From Macrostomum lignano (lineage: Eukaryota): 64,000 nucleotides of DNA. Of the stretch, positions 25,731 through 39,731 are shown in pieces. A program made the position numbers and the translations under genes. Position 1 is the first letter of the stretch; each line of letters opens with the position of its first letter. The stretch lies in contig NIVC01000350.1 in NCBI GenBank assembly GCA_002269645.1, positions 558,001 to 622,000 of the forward strand. The letters are read 5' to 3'. The notes under the pieces were generated by a model. The model was not told the origin of the DNA. It did not search any database and was given only the letters and a program-made list of their open reading frames with translations.

Positions 25731-26752
25731 TCTCTCTACAGGAGTTATAAAAACAAGAGCCGGCAGTGAATAAGCGCATTAGCACATTTCAGCCGTGCAG
25801 CCTCAGCCTAGCGGCAGGCCAGTAAAATCGGTGTTAAATGCCAGCAGGCCACAGCAATAGCAAGGCGTGAATGCGGCTGAAGAAGTGTAGCGCAGTGATG
25901 CAGAGGCGGCCCCGGTAGATGGATGGCGGGGTTGGCTGTCAACTCTGGCTTCCCCATGGAAGCCCCCGAGGTCCTCACTCTCTCCATCTTGTCTGCCCCC
26001 CCCCTTGCCCTCCGGCGGCAGCCCCCCTCAGCTGCCGGGCAGTCGCCAGTCTGTCTAGGGGAGTTTTTGCCGTCCGCTAAAGGAAGGAAAAGAAACTGAA
26101 GCAAGCAAAGAACAAAAATTTTGCTTTTAGAAGCCAGGCGGCACTATTTTCTTTTATTGTTTTTTGTTCCGCCGATAATTTTCTGCTTGCATATAAAGTG
26201 CCAGTCCAAGCAATATAGCTGCCAAACAACACAGCAGTTGAAATCACTTTACAGCCACTCAGTTAGGCAAATCTGGCAGGCAAAATACCCCTTTGTCTGC
26301 TGCACTGCAGAAGTAAACGTGTAAGAGTGCTATTCGGGTAAGACAGGGTCTTCCGTACAGATTTCACCCTCGGATGAAGCAACATACCAACTTGCTTCAT
26401 CTTAAATTCGGAGGCTGCGAGATACGATTTAGCGGTTAAAAAAAACTGAAGACTTCCTATCTCGCCAGTGCATTTTTTACAGTTAAAACCGGCCAGATGC
26501 TCTCTTTAAAACTCCTTGAAAAAATCAGAGATTAATGATTCAGATTAGCCACAGGAACAGCACTGATAGAATCTTGGACACTGGCTTAGGCTTTACACCT
26601 TTGTGAAGAGAATTATGAAACTAGGGGGGGGGGGGACACATTCCAGAGTCCATGCTGGGAGGGATGAGGGGAGAGGGAGAGTGAAACACGATATGATAGA
26701 AGGTTCCAGAAGTAACAGTTGTTGCCTCGCGTAAATAGGGGGGCATTAGATT

Positions 26753-26794
<42 letters not shown>

Positions 26795-28344
26795 ACCGAG
26801 GCGTTAAAATAGAATTGTTGTTCAACGCTTCCCCCGCTGCCGTCAACTTTTTTCGTTTCTTTTTTCTTCTTTTTCTTCTCTGGCCGGGCAAAGTCCGGAT
26901 GCGTTGGGGATCGCTGGTGTAGCAACCAAGCTGCTCGGCAGCTGTTCAAGCATGCAGCGAATCCCTGCAAAGACAGGAATACACCTATAAATATCTGTAT
27001 CTATGCAACCGGAGGTGCAGCACATGATGGCAATGAAAATTAATGTATTTACATAGCGGAGATGGACATGGACAACTAAATAATGGAATAAATTATAGCG
27101 TCCTTCTGATTTATAGTTGCTGTCGTTTGGATGTGGGAGAGTTCGAACTCGCGACCATCTATTTCAATACATTAGATGTTTCAATACATCTATCTATACG
27201 ATTTCCTCAGCCATGGAGCTCTAAAGCTAGACACATGGATTGGAATTTTGGATTCGTTAGACTTGAAATCGTCTTTCTTAACTTTTCAACGACCGCTCTG
27301 AAAAAAGTCAGAGAAAGTCAATGAGTTTCTAATCCAGACGAAATTAATATTAGTAATCCACGGCCCCAAGCAACTCAGAAATCCAGTGTGTAGTTTTTTA
27401 CACGCTCCTTTTCACAAACAAAATCCTTGCGAAAATTTGATATTAAAAACTGGTTCTTATCCTTTATTTTAGGGCATAATTTTCACGCAGTTTTAAACAA
27501 TTCCTATTTTTTAAGTGCCTCTCATTAGAAAATAACGTTAGAAGAAATCCTCATTCTTTTCGTCTTAATATTGATAATTAAAAAACACAAACTGGGGAAG
27601 GCAGTGCTATTTAGGGCCATGATTGCGCAATCTGCACTGGGCAGAGTGGCCAAAGTTAAATATTTGAGAATCATATTGATTTCAAGAGTCTGAGCTGGTT
27701 GCTAAGCGGGCACGAAAGCCGTGCTGTTTCCAACCTGAGCACCTCTCGCAAATGTTTGCAATAGAGAATCTCATATATAGCCAGTGCGGGATTATACAAA
27801 ACTCTGCAGCTCTGCCCCGGGGGGAAGAGGTTTAGCGCTGAAATTGAAATTTATATGGCCTTGTCAGGCTCTCATAGCAGCTTCACACCCATTGCTCATC
27901 TTCATCTGTCCAAGTCTGAGATCACCCTTGTAGCAGAATGTTTTCGAACCCCTAAAGCAGACCACATCGACTGGAACAAACTTTGGGATTAATCTCTCGA
28001 GCTTTCGTTTCAGTCTGTCCGAAGTTAGTCCCTGGCGGGCCATCACTTGAGCAGAGCTCATCTCAACTTTTTACGACTCTGTCTAAATAGCCGACCGAAA
28101 TTTTCCTACCGACGAGGAGAATTCGAGAGAAGTTTATGCACGGGGGATAGCGATGACTGGAGGGAATCAAATACTGGGGAGGGGGTGTTCGATGGGTGAC
28201 TACGAGGGTAGCTATGCCAATTTCGCTGGTGTGAAAATTGGGCTGGGAGAGCCGGGATATGAAAAATCGATATGGGGACAGAATGGATTGCTAGAGTATG
28301 CTGTAGGGGCTGCCCAGCTTGAAAAGTTACTTGTAAAGTGAGTA

Positions 28345-28958
28345 GCAGAGTGATCCAGGGAGTGACTGGGAGAGTGATCTGTAGAGTGACTGGGAAAGTG
28401 ATCTGTAGAGCGACTGGGAGAGTGACCTATAGAGCGACTGGGAGAGTGATCTATAGAGTGACTGGGAGAGTGATCTGTAGAGTGACTGAGAGAGTGATCT
28501 GTAGAGTGACTGGGAGAGTGATCTATAGAGTGACTGGGAGAGTGATCTGTAGAGTGACTGGGAGAGTGATCTGTAGAGTGACTGGGAGAGTGATCTGTAG
28601 AGTGACTGAGAGAGTGATCTATAGAGTGACTGGGAGAGTGATCTATAGAGTGACTGAGAGAGTGATCTGTAGAGTGACTGGGAGAGTGATCTGTAGAGTG
28701 ACTGGGAGAGTGATCTGTAGAGTGACTGGGAGAGTGATCTGTAGAGTGACTGAGAGAGTGATCTGTAGAGTGACTGAGAGAGTGATCTGTAGAGTGACTG
28801 GGAGAGTGATCTGTAGAGTGACTGAGAGAGTGATCTGTAGAGTGACTGGGAGAGTGATCTGTAGAGTGACTGGGAGAGTGATCTGTAGAGTGACTTGAAG
28901 AGTGATCTATAAAGCGACTGGGAGAGTGATCTATAAAGCGACTGGGAGAGTGATCTGT
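28345..28958. repeat. 24 bp minisatellite (GAGTGACTGGGAGAGTGATCTGTA)
   Basis: Directly visible. Explains the RVTGRVIC ORF. Confidence 0.95.
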
Positions 28959-29639
28959 AATTTCAATAAAACCTCATTTGGCCTAAGATCTTTAGTGAGA
29001 AAATTTTCATGCGAGTGATCTTACAGTGAACCGCAAACCAAAAAGCAAAGGAACTCTGTGATACAAGCACAGAGACTCTGAGAGGCCCAGCAGAGAGAAC
29101 AAAGAGTTTCCCTGGGTTGGCTTTTGTACCGGATGAGCTGACACCCTTCAATGAGCAACTCGTGCTTCTGAATGACCACACAGAGCTACCTGGGCCCCAC
29201 AATGTACAGGAATTTGTGCCAGCCCACCTGCCGAGATCTCAGACGGACTCAAAAAGTCATTGTCGTTCAACTTCATTCGTTTTAGTTTTTTATTGGCTCT
29301 TTTAGTGTTGCTGCTGAGATCAACGGGCGTGTACAGAAATTGGGAAGCTGTGGCAGCTGCTTCATCCCATGGGAACATGGCATCCCCTATCCCCTATAAT
29401 ACCCAGACAATAAAAAAATCAGTCTTGCGTTGGAAAAAAATATCCCGCGAAAATCTGCTTCTTGAAAGAACACTGGTGCCAAGAATTCTAAAGAACCGCA
29501 AGTGAAATTCTCAGGACTTTTTTGGCCAAGAAGTTTGATCAGCCAGTTTAACAAGTCTGACAATGAACGAATGCAATTGTTAAACACGCGGAACTGTTAA
29601 ACCAAGTATTGGGGATAAATGTGTCTGGGTGAAAACTTT

Positions 29640-31870
29640 GGATGTCAGGAGCGTGAAGTTAGGATGTCAGGAGTGTGAAGATAGGATGTCAGGAGCATGA
29701 AGATAGGATATCAGGAGCGTGAAGATAGGATATCAGGAGCGTGAAGTTAGGATGTCAGGAGCGTGAAGATAGGATGTCAAGAGCGTGAAGTTAGGATGTC
29801 AGGAGCGTGAAGTTAGGATGTCAGGAGCGTGAAGATAGGATGTCAAGAGCGTGAAGTTAGGATGTCAGGAGCGTGAAGTTAGGATGTCAGGAGCGTGAAG
29901 ATAGGATGTCAGGAGCGTGAAGATAGGATGTCAAGAGCGTGAAGTTAGGATGTCAGGAGCGTGAAGTTAGGATGTCAGGAGCGTGAAGATAGGATGTCAA
30001 GAGCGTGAAGTTAGGATGTCAGGAGCGTGAAGTTAGAATGTCAGGAGCATGAAGATAGGATGTCAGGAGCATGAAGATAGGATATCAGGAGCGTGAAGAT
30101 AGGATATCAGGAGCGTGAAGTTAGGATGTCAGGAGCGTGAAGATAGGATGTCAAGAGCGTGAAGTTAGGATGTCAGGAGCGTGAAGTTAGGATGTCAGGA
30201 GCGTGAAGTTAGGATGTCAGGAGCGTGAAGTTAGGATGTCAGGAGCGTGAAGATAGGATGTCAAGAGCGTGAAGTTAGGATGTCAGGAGCGTGAAGTTAG
30301 AATGTCAGGAGCATGAAGATAGGATATCAGGAGCGTGAAGATAGGATATCAGGAGCGTGAAGTTAGGATGTCAGGAGCGTGAAGATAGGATGTCAAGAGC
30401 GTGAAGTTAGGATGTCAGGAGCGTGAAGTTAGGATGTCAGGAGCGTGAAGTTAGGATGTCAGGAGCGTGAAGTTAGGATGTCAAGAGCGTGAAGTTAGGA
30501 TATCAAGAGCGTGAAGATAGGATATCAGGAGCATGAAGATAGGATGTCAGGAGCGTGAAGATAGGATGTCAGGAGCATGAAGATAGAATGTCAGGAGCAT
30601 GAAGATAGGATATCAGGAGCGTGAAGTTAGGATCTCAGGAGCGTGAAGATAGGATGTCAAGAGCGTGAAGTTAGGATGTCAGGAGCGTGAAGTTAGAATG
30701 TCAGGAGCATGAAGATAGGATGTCAGGAGCATGAAGATAGGATATCAGGAGCGTGAAGATAGGATATCAGGAGCGTGAAGTTAGGATGTCAGGAGCGTGA
30801 AGATAGGATGTCAAGAGTGTGAAGTTAGGATGTCAGGAGCGTGAAGTTAGGATGTCAGGAGCGTGAAGTTAGGATGTCAGGAGCGTGAAGTTAGGATGTC
30901 AGGAGCGTGAAGATAGGATGTCAAGAGCGTGAAGTTAGAATGTCAGGAGCATGAAGATAGGATATCAGGAGCGTGAAGTTAGGATGTCAGGAGCGTGAAG
31001 ATAGGATGTCAAGAGCGTGAAGTTAGGATGTCAGGAGCGTGAAGTTAGAATGTCAGGAGCGTGAAGATAGGATATCAGGAGCGTGAAGTTAGGATGTCAG
31101 GAGCGTGAAGATAGGATGTCAAGAGCGTGAAGTTAGGATGTCAGGAGCGTGAAGTTAGGATGTCAGGAGCGTGAAGTTAGGATGTCAGGAGCGTGAAGTT
31201 AGGATGTCAAGAGCGTGAAGTTAGGATATCAAGAGCGTGAAGATAGGATATCAGGAGCATGAAGATAGGATGTCAGGAGCGTGAAGATAGGATGTCAGGA
31301 GCATGAAGATAGGATGTCAGGAGCATGAAGATAGGATATCAGGAGCGTGAATTTAGGATGTCAGGAGCATGAAGATAGGATGTCAGGAGCATGAAGATAG
31401 GATGTCAGGAGCATGAAGATAGGATGTCAGGAGCATGAAGATAGGATATCAGGAGCATGAAGATAGGATGTCAGGAGCATGAAGATAGGATGTCAGGAGC
31501 GTGAAGATAGGATGTCAAGAGCGTGAAGTTAGGATGTCAGGAGCGTGAAGTTAGGATGTCAGGAGCGTGAAGTTAGGATGTCAGGAGCGTGAAGTTAGAA
31601 TGTCAGGAGTGTGAAGATAGGATGTCAGGAGCATGAAGATAGGATATCAGGAGCGTGAAGATAGGATATCAGGAGCGTGAAGTTAGGATGTCAGGAGCGT
31701 GAAGATAGGATGTCAAGAGCGTGAAGTTAGGATGTCAGGAGCGTGAAGTTAGGATGTCAGGAGCGTGAAGATAGGATGTCAAGAGCGTGAAGTTAGGATG
31801 TCAGGAGCGTGAAGTTAGGATATCAGGAGCGTGAAGTTAGGATGTCAGGAGCGCCAAATCAAGGATGTCA
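29640..31870. repeat. 22 bp minisatellite (AGGATGTCAGGAGCGTGAAGTT/AT), ~100 copies
   Basis: Directly visible. A degenerate tail extends to ~31990. Confidence 0.97.
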
Positions 31871-32864
31871 GGAGCCCCATATTGAGGCTATCAGTAGCCC
31901 AATATTAAGGGTGTCAGGTGCCCCAAATTAAGGGTGTCAGGAACGCCAAATCAAGAGTGTCAGGATCGCCTATCGAGGGTGTCAGAACCGCAAATTTGAG
32001 GGCGTCAGTGCCGCGACAGTTACAACGCATTCTTACAGAACAGCCTATATATGAACAGAGGCTCATTGCGCAGGCCCTATACTCAGCATTGGAAGTCTCC
32101 GAGCACAGGCAGACAAAGAGCTGACTGCGTGTTGATAGACAGTCATTGAGATGTGCAATAACCGGTCTGATGGGGAAGCCTCAAGAGTCTGGCATAAGTG
32201 CCACCGTGAGAGCACTGAAACAGCGGCTTGACCGCTGGGTCTCCCCACCAGTCCAGTCCACTTGGGTCCCTCCGCATCGCCTCCGAATGCATTGTTTCAA
32301 ACAGCTTGACGACAGGATGCGGTCTTAAATTAGTGTGACTCCTTGAGCAGCGCGTCCTTGCCTCCGGGGCGAGGGGCCGCCCAGAAACCAATGCATATGT
32401 ATATATATATATATACATCAGATATGTATAATAATAGCGCGAAGGCGAACGGGCCGGTGACACAATTGTGAACTCATCATCGAACTTCAATAAAATGCTT
32501 TACTTGAGCACAAGTGAGCAGCGACCCAATAATAATGTGTATAACTCAATCTTTTATCCATTCCACCCACCCTGAAGCTCACTCAGGCCTGACAGGTGTG
32601 CGAGTGGAGCTATTAAGCCTTCAAACTCGGCCTTCTCACAAGCCCTTTGAAAATTTCTTTACGCGACCACGAAAAACAGTTTTTTTCCTATCCGCTCAGC
32701 CAGGGAGACTCTGGAATGAGATTCTGGAGCGCTAACTCTTCCCCATCAAAACCGGTGTCCAGTTTCTACTTAAGAGCGCCTCCAAAGCCTCCAAATGCAT
32801 TGTTTTAAACAGCTTGACGAAAGAATGCAGTCTTTAATTTATGACTCTGAGCGGCGCAGCCTTA

Positions 32865-33070
32865 TCCTTACCTTTCATATTTATCTTCTATCTTTATCCC
32901 TATCTTCTATCCTTATCTTCCATCTTTATCCCTATCTTCTATCCTTATCTTCCATTATTATACTTATCTTCCATCCTTATCCTTATCTTCCATCTTTATC
33001 CTTATCTTCCATCTTTATCCTTATCTTCCATCCTTATCCTTATCTTCGAATCCTTATAATTATCTTCTAC
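32865..33070. repeat. Degenerate 6 bp repeat (TATCTT/TATCCT)
   Basis: Directly visible. Confidence 0.85.
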
Positions 33071-33834
33071 CCAATTTCTAAGCTGGATGACATTTGAGTT
33101 CCGTATTTTCTGCAATTCATATTTAATTTGAAGCATCAATACTTTTATAATTATTGAGATGCTTGGGATTTCAAGACTTTCGTCTTTAATCAGTTTTCAA
33201 AGTTGAGTAAATCTGTAATCGCGGAGTCTGCAGAGTTCTGCAGAGACTTAGCAGTGTAAATGGTAGGGTAGAGATATCACTGTTTTACTCTTATTTGACT
33301 TTAAACTTTATCATCCTTGTTTTCAATTTTTGGCAGAGCTCTAAACTGAGCACATGGCAGTCAGTCTCATCCAGAACTCCAGTTTTAGCTCTCCTTGGCT
33401 GAGCTGCTTCGGTTTTGAGGAATTTTCGTTCAAACTCGACAAATTGAATCAAAGCGGCCCCGAGTAGGAGGGGGGGGGCAGAGGGGAAGCGGGAGAAAAC
33501 GGGGAGCCGCGCCTGAAAGCAATGGGAAAACAATTAGTTGGTGCAGTCAGCGCTGAAATCGGGGGGAGAGTGGGGAAATTTAATATTGAATCCCTTGACT
33601 ATGAGCAAATCAGGCGTGTCATCGATATATACAGGTTTGAGCCGACTTTATTAATTTGAGCTGGCGAGCCGGCTAAATTGGAAATGCCTTTGTTAAACTG
33701 AAAAGCGGACAAAGCTGCTGCGTGGACAGTCAGCCAGCCAGCCTTTTTGCTGCATTTGGTGAAAAAGGCAACAAGGAGCAGAAGTTGACACTGCTTTTTC
33801 TTTGAAAATAAAAGTGGCGAAAAGTTTCACTGTG

Positions 33835-34095
33835 GGCGCCGTACTTGGGCTGGGGGCGGTATGCTTGGACCGGGGGGCTCTATACTTAGATTGGGGGGGG
33901 TGCCATACTTGGACCGGGGGCGCCATACTTGGAACGGGGGCGCCATACTTCGACCGGGGGCGCCATACTTGGAACGGGGGCGCCATACTTGGGCCGGGGC
34001 GCTATACTTGGACCGGGGCGCCATTCTTGAATCGGGGGGCGCCATACTTGGACCGTGGGGCACCATACTCGGATTTGGGGGCGCCATACTCGGAT
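33835..34095. repeat. ~20 bp GC-rich minisatellite (GGGGCGCCATACTTGGACC)
   Basis: Directly visible, degenerate. Confidence 0.85.
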
Positions 34096-35139
34096 TGGGA
34101 CAATATCCGCAGAAGGCGCTGCTCCCAGCGAAGAGAAAACTGTAAATATATTTCTTAGAAAAGGCAGGCCCTTATAAACGGAGAGAAAGTCGGGGGCCCC
34201 CCTAAGGAAGACCCCGAAAGGACAGTTTTATGATTGTCACAGCGAGCGGTCCAGCGAAGACAATAAGGCTTACGGCAATAAAACTGCAACTGAAACAGTT
34301 CCAAAATGGAGTAATAATTATCGTACAGTTTATGCAATAGCGATCATTTCCGGACAGTTAGGAAGTGTGACGGAGGCCACCCACCCCCACCCCTAAAACA
34401 CCCTGCGCGCAATTAAAATGGTCAATTAGGTGATTTTGACCCTTCTGCTAAGTGGGGGTTGTGCGCGGTCTGCTGCGGCAGGCCAATCAGTTCAATATAC
34501 TGTAATAGCTGGAATCTCGAGAGGCGCCGCGAACACTTGAAAACTTCAAACACAGCGCCGCGCTTTGCACAACTGTATAGCGCGCAGGTTCTTAAAGAGC
34601 TTCTTTGTCAAGTTTTTGTCAACTTTCCTGTCAAATTGACTCGTTTATAACCTTCAACTATCAATATATGATTTACCTTTGGTTCCAGTTTGGTTCTCAG
34701 TCTTGATTTTGTGGTCTTTGTCCCCTCTTCCTCTTTTGGGAATAATTTCTGCCAGCATAATTTCCCGCCAAACAGGCCCGGGGTGCATGGTGTAGATGGT
34801 GCGAACTGATTGAGCGATCGATTCCGACTTTTCAATGGAGCGAATCTGGACGAGTGAAGAATGAGGTCGGGACTTCAATAGCCTTGTTCACTTGTTTGAC
34901 CTGCCCTGTCAAACTCTCATCTCACTAGCATTGGCATTGTGTGCGTCTCACTTGTTTCACTTGTTTGTCAGTAACACGCGACAGCCCGTATTGCACAGTA
35001 TTAGGTGGACGCCCTAATTATCCGCTTTGGACTCGAGTTTGGATCACCCGATTCCTATAGAGGGTGGGAGAGAGAGAGAGAGAGAGGGAGGGGATACCGA
35101 ATAGAGATAATTATCATTCGCCCAGCGTGCTCTTGAAAA

Positions 35140-36192
35140 TAGCTACTGTCTATGGCGAATAGCTACTGTCTATGGCGAATAGCTACTGTCTATGGCGAAT
35201 AGCTACTATCTATGGCGAATAGCTACTGTCTATGGCGAATAGCTACTGTCTATGGCGAATAGCTACTGTCTATGGCGAATAGCTACTGTCTATGGCGAAT
35301 AGCTACTGTCTATGGCGAATAGCTACTGTCTATGGCGAATGGCTACTGTCTATGGCGAATAGCTACTGTCTATGGCGAATAGCTACTGTCTATGGCGAAT
35401 AGCTACTGTCTATGGCGAATAGCTACTGTCTATGGCGAATAGCTACTATCTATGGCGAATAGCTACTGTCTATGGCGAATAGCTACTATCTATGGCGAAT
35501 AGCTACTGTCTATGGCGAATAGCTACTGTCTATGGCGAATAGCTACTATCTATGGCGAATAGCTACTGTCTATGGCGAATAGCTACTGTCTATGGCGAAT
35601 GGCTACTGTCTATGGCGAATAGCTACTGTCTATGGCGAATAGCTACTGTCTATGGCGAATAGCTACTGTCTATGGCGAATAGCTACTGTCTATGGCGAAT
35701 AGCTACTATCTATGGCGAATAGCTACTGTCTATGGCGAATAGCTACTATCTATGGCGAATAGCTACTGTCTATGGCGAATAGCTACTGTCTATGGCGAAT
35801 AGCTACTATCTATGGCGAATAGCTACTGTCTATGGCGAATAGCTACTGTCTATGGCGAATAGCTACTGTCTATGGCGAATAGCTACTGTCTATAGAGAAT
35901 AGCTACTGTCTATGGCGAATAGCTACTGTCTATGGCGAATAGCTACTGTCTATGGCGAATAGCTACTGTCTATGGCGAATAGCTACTGTCTATGGCGAAT
36001 AGCTACTGTCTATGGCGAATAGCTACTGTCTATGGCGAATAGCTACTGTCTATGGCGAATAGCTACTGTCTATGGCGAATAGCTACTGTCTATGGCGAAT
36101 AGCTACTGTCTATGGCGAATAGCTACTGTCTATGGCGAATAGCTACTGTCTATGGCGAATAGCTACTGTCTATGTCGAACGGCTACTGTCTA
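35140..36192. repeat. 20 bp homogeneous minisatellite (GAATAGCTACTGTCTATGGC), ~52 copies
   Basis: Directly visible. No spacers. Confidence 0.97.
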
Positions 36193-36477
36193 TAGCAAGA
36201 AGTCAGGCATGGGAGGAAAAACAATTTCTAAAAACAGTTTTGTGGTGTTATTTTTAATTTGGTGTATCTTTTTTGTTTTTTTTCAGTTGCACAGAACTAA
36301 TCTAGCGTTTGAGGCAATAAACCGTTTGAGACTGAATTGATTTTGTGGATCAAGCAATGCAATGACGCAAAAGTTAAATAATGGGAAAAGAGAAAACTGA
36401 TAGAAGATTGGGTAGAAGACTGGTGAAAGATGGAGAAAAGAAAGATAGACGGTTCGGTTCGTAAAAGACGATCGAAG

Positions 36478-37700
36478 ACAGATACAATACAAATAGAAGA
36501 CAGAAGACAGATAGAAGACAAATGCAAGTCAGATCGAAGACAGATAGAAGACAGAAGACAGATAGAAGACAAATGCAAGTCAGATAGAAGACAGATAGAA
36601 GACAGATAGAAGACAGATAGAAGACAGATAGAAGACATATGCAAGTCAGATAAAAGACAGATAGAAGACAGATAAAAGACAGATAGAAGACAGATAGAAG
36701 ACAGATAGAAGACATATGCAAGTCAGATAAAAGACAGATAGAAGACAGATAAAAGACAGATAGAAGACAGATAAAAGACAGATAGAAGACAGATAGAAGA
36801 CATATGCAAGTCAGATAAAAGACAGATAGAAGACAGATACAAGACAGATAGAAGACAGATAGAAGACATATGCAAGTCAGATAAAAGACAGATAGAAGAC
36901 AGATAAAAGACAGATAGAAGACAGATAGAAGACAGATAGAAGACAGATGCAAGTCAGATCGAAGACAGATAGAAGACAGATAAAAGACAGATAGAAGACA
37001 GATAAAAGACAGATAGAAGACAGATAAAAGACAGATAGAAGACAGATAAAAGACAGATAAAAGACAGATAGAAGACAGATAGAAGACAGATAGAAGACAG
37101 ATGCAAGTCAGATCGAAGACAGATAGAAGACAGATAAAAGACAGATAGAAGACAGATAAAAGACAGATAAAAGACAGATAGAAGACAGATAAAAGACAGA
37201 TAAAAGACAGATAAAAGACAGATAGAAGACAGATGGAAGACAGATAGAAGACAGATGGAAGACAGATAAAAGACAGATAGAAGACAGATAAAAGACAGAT
37301 AAAATACAGATGGAAGACAGATAGAAGACAGATGGAAGACAGATAAAAGACAGATAGAAGACAGATAAAAGACAGATAGAAGACAGATAAAAGACAGATA
37401 GAAGACAGATGGAAGACAGATAAAAGACAGATAGAAGACAGATAAAAGACAGATAAAAGACAGATGGAAGACAGATAGAAGACAGATGGAAGACAGATAA
37501 AAGACAGATAGAAGACAGATAAAAGACAGATAGAAGACAGATAAAAGACAGATAGAAGACAGATAAAAGACAGATAGAAGACAGATAGAAGACAGATAAA
37601 AGACAGATAAAAGACAGATAGAAGACAGATAAAAGACAGATAGAAGACAGATAAAAGACAGATAGAAGACAGATAGAAGATAGATAGAAGACAGATAGAA
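36478..37700. repeat. 12 bp minisatellite (AGACAGATAGAA/AGACAGATAAAA)
   Basis: Directly visible. Confidence 0.95.
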
Positions 37701-38288
37701 AACAGCCTCAGTGAGTATGCAATAGCACTGAGAGGGGTAACAAGACACTCAAAGTCAATCTTCCATTTAACAAGGCGACAGCGAACTCCAAAAGAATGGA
37801 CAAAGGAAACTTATGCGCACATTTTATTGAACTTCACGCATACATTAAACAGTTACAGTTTAGCAAGCAGAATGGTAAATCAACTATATAGAATCCATGG
37901 TAATCAATACTCGCTAATGCAGAACACGCTATATCCAATGGCTGTTGCTATTTCATATTTGAGTCTCGTTTTCTAAAAAAAAACAACTGGAACGGATCAG
38001 CCTGCAGTCGTTCGTACAGGTAGCAAGGAAAATTTAACATTAGGCAAATCATATTAATAGACAATAATAACAATAACAGTAATTAAGGTACATGGAAAAG
38101 AGACACGAGCACAAGCAGAGACCATATTAAGCTATTCCACAAAGCCCTGACAAATCATTTATATAAGAAATTAACCGAAGGAAAAACAGTTTTTTCTTAG
38201 CATTAGAAATGTCGTTTTCTACTGTAGAATATTCAAGATGTACAGAGCGGCGGCACTGGCAAAGCAGAGAATTTTATCCGAGCTGAGT

Positions 38289-39731
38289 TCAGCGAATCCA
38301 AGTCGGTGGCGGCAGGAAGGCGCCGCTGCGCAGCAGGCGATGGTAGGCTTCCAGATCGAACGGCGGGTGCTGATACGGAGGCGGCGGCGGCGGCGGCGGC
38401 GGTAGGAAAGGCGCCGAAAGTGCCGGCGGAGGCGCCTGGCGCGGCGGCGAGGAACTTGACGACGATGTTTGGCGCTTGCAGGCGCTGCTGCTGCTGCCGC
38501 CGCCGCTGATGAGGCTGTCGATGGTGAACCCGGGAGAGCCGCTCCGGCGCCTCCGCCGCTGCTGCTGCTGTGGAGATGCCGGCTGCTGCTGTTGATGAGG
38601 CTGGCTCTGGGGATGCTGGCTGTGATGGCTCAGGCTGAGGTTGAGCGGATGATTTGGCAGGCCGGCTAGAAGGGGCCCGAGGCCCGGCAGGAGGCTTGTC
38701 GGGGGATGTCGAGTCGGCGGATTCGACATTTGCGACGGAGGCGGCTGCTGCTGCGGAGGCGGCGGCAGGCCGGCCGAGTGAGGCGGCTGCTGCTGCTGGG
38801 AATGATGAGGCGAACTTTGGCTGCGACTGTGAAAAGCGGCGGCCGCTGCTGCTGCCGCTGCTGCCGCTGCCGCGGGAAACAGGCCCAGAGGCGGCGGAGG
38901 CGGCGGAGGCGGCAGCGGAGGCGGCGGCGGCGGATGCGACATGCCGACATGCGAATTGGCTGCCATAAACGAGGCGGCAGAGGCGGCAATGGGGAAGTAA
39001 AGGTCGGGCTGCGTCTGCCGCTTGTAGCGCTTCCGCCGGCGCAGGAAGCTGCCATTGTCGAACATGTCCTCGGACTGCGGGTCCAGCGTCCAGTAGTTGC
39101 CCTTGCCCGGGTTGCCCGGCTCCCTGGGGATCTTCACGAAGCAGTCGTTCAGAGACAGATTGTGCCTGATGCTGTTCTGCCAGGCAGGGAACCTGCGGTC
39201 GGAGTGAAGGTTTTATACATGTATATACAGTGTAGAGTAAACACCAGAAACACAATGGAAACTGTAGTGTTTCTAAGAAATAGCCTACCGCTCTTTGTAG
39301 TACGGGAATCGATTGATGATGAATTCGCAGATTCCGCTGAGCGTGAGCTTGCGCTCCGGCGACTGCAGGATCGACATGGTGATGAGGGCGATGTAGCTGT
39401 AAGGCGGCTTCACGTGATGCCCGCGCCGCTTCTGCTGCTGCTGCTCCTGCGGCTGCTGCTCCTGCGGCTGCTGCGATGCCAGCTCAAGCTCAGCATCCTC
39501 GTCGGAGTCTGCGTCTGCTGATGCGGAAGTTGAAGCAGCCGCAGCTGCAGCCGCAGCCGCCGCCGCTGCCGCGGAGAATTCTTCGTCGCAGCTGCTGTCG
39601 CCGCTGTAGTCCTCGGCCAAGTCGGCAGGCGGCGAGAGAAACAAGGAGGTGGTGGCAGCGGCGGTGGCGCCGGCGGCGGCTGCTGCAGACTTCCCGGCGG
39701 AAGCGCTCTCGGCTGAGGAAGCGACCGACAT
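38289..39731 (-). CDS. foxD: Forkhead box D transcription factor. Exons 39731-39289 and 39192-38289 (96 bp intron)
   Basis: The spliced domain reads [41 protein letters not shown]|[58 protein letters not shown], the FoxD class signature. A C-terminal eh1-like motif FTIDSLI is present. Junction CG|gtaggc...cgcag|G. Confidence 0.95.

Noticed and set aside
29040-29620. Short ORFs between the 24-mer and 22-mer arrays, and the similar ORF at 50576-50896
   Set aside because: No recognisable domain or convincing splice chain.
32278-32860. ~80 bp diverged direct repeat (CTCCRAATGCATTGTTTYAAACAGCTTGACGA) about 510 bp apart, a possible LTR pair
   Set aside because: No TG..CA ends, TSD, PBS or coding interior; treated as an ordinary local duplication.
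35140-36192. CRISPR-like regular repeats (also 29640-31870, 50975-52600 and others)
   Set aside because: Units are contiguous with no unique spacers, there are no cas genes, and the context is eukaryotic.
36297-37748. LSSICLLSVFY-repeat ORFs
   Set aside because: Product of the 12 bp array.
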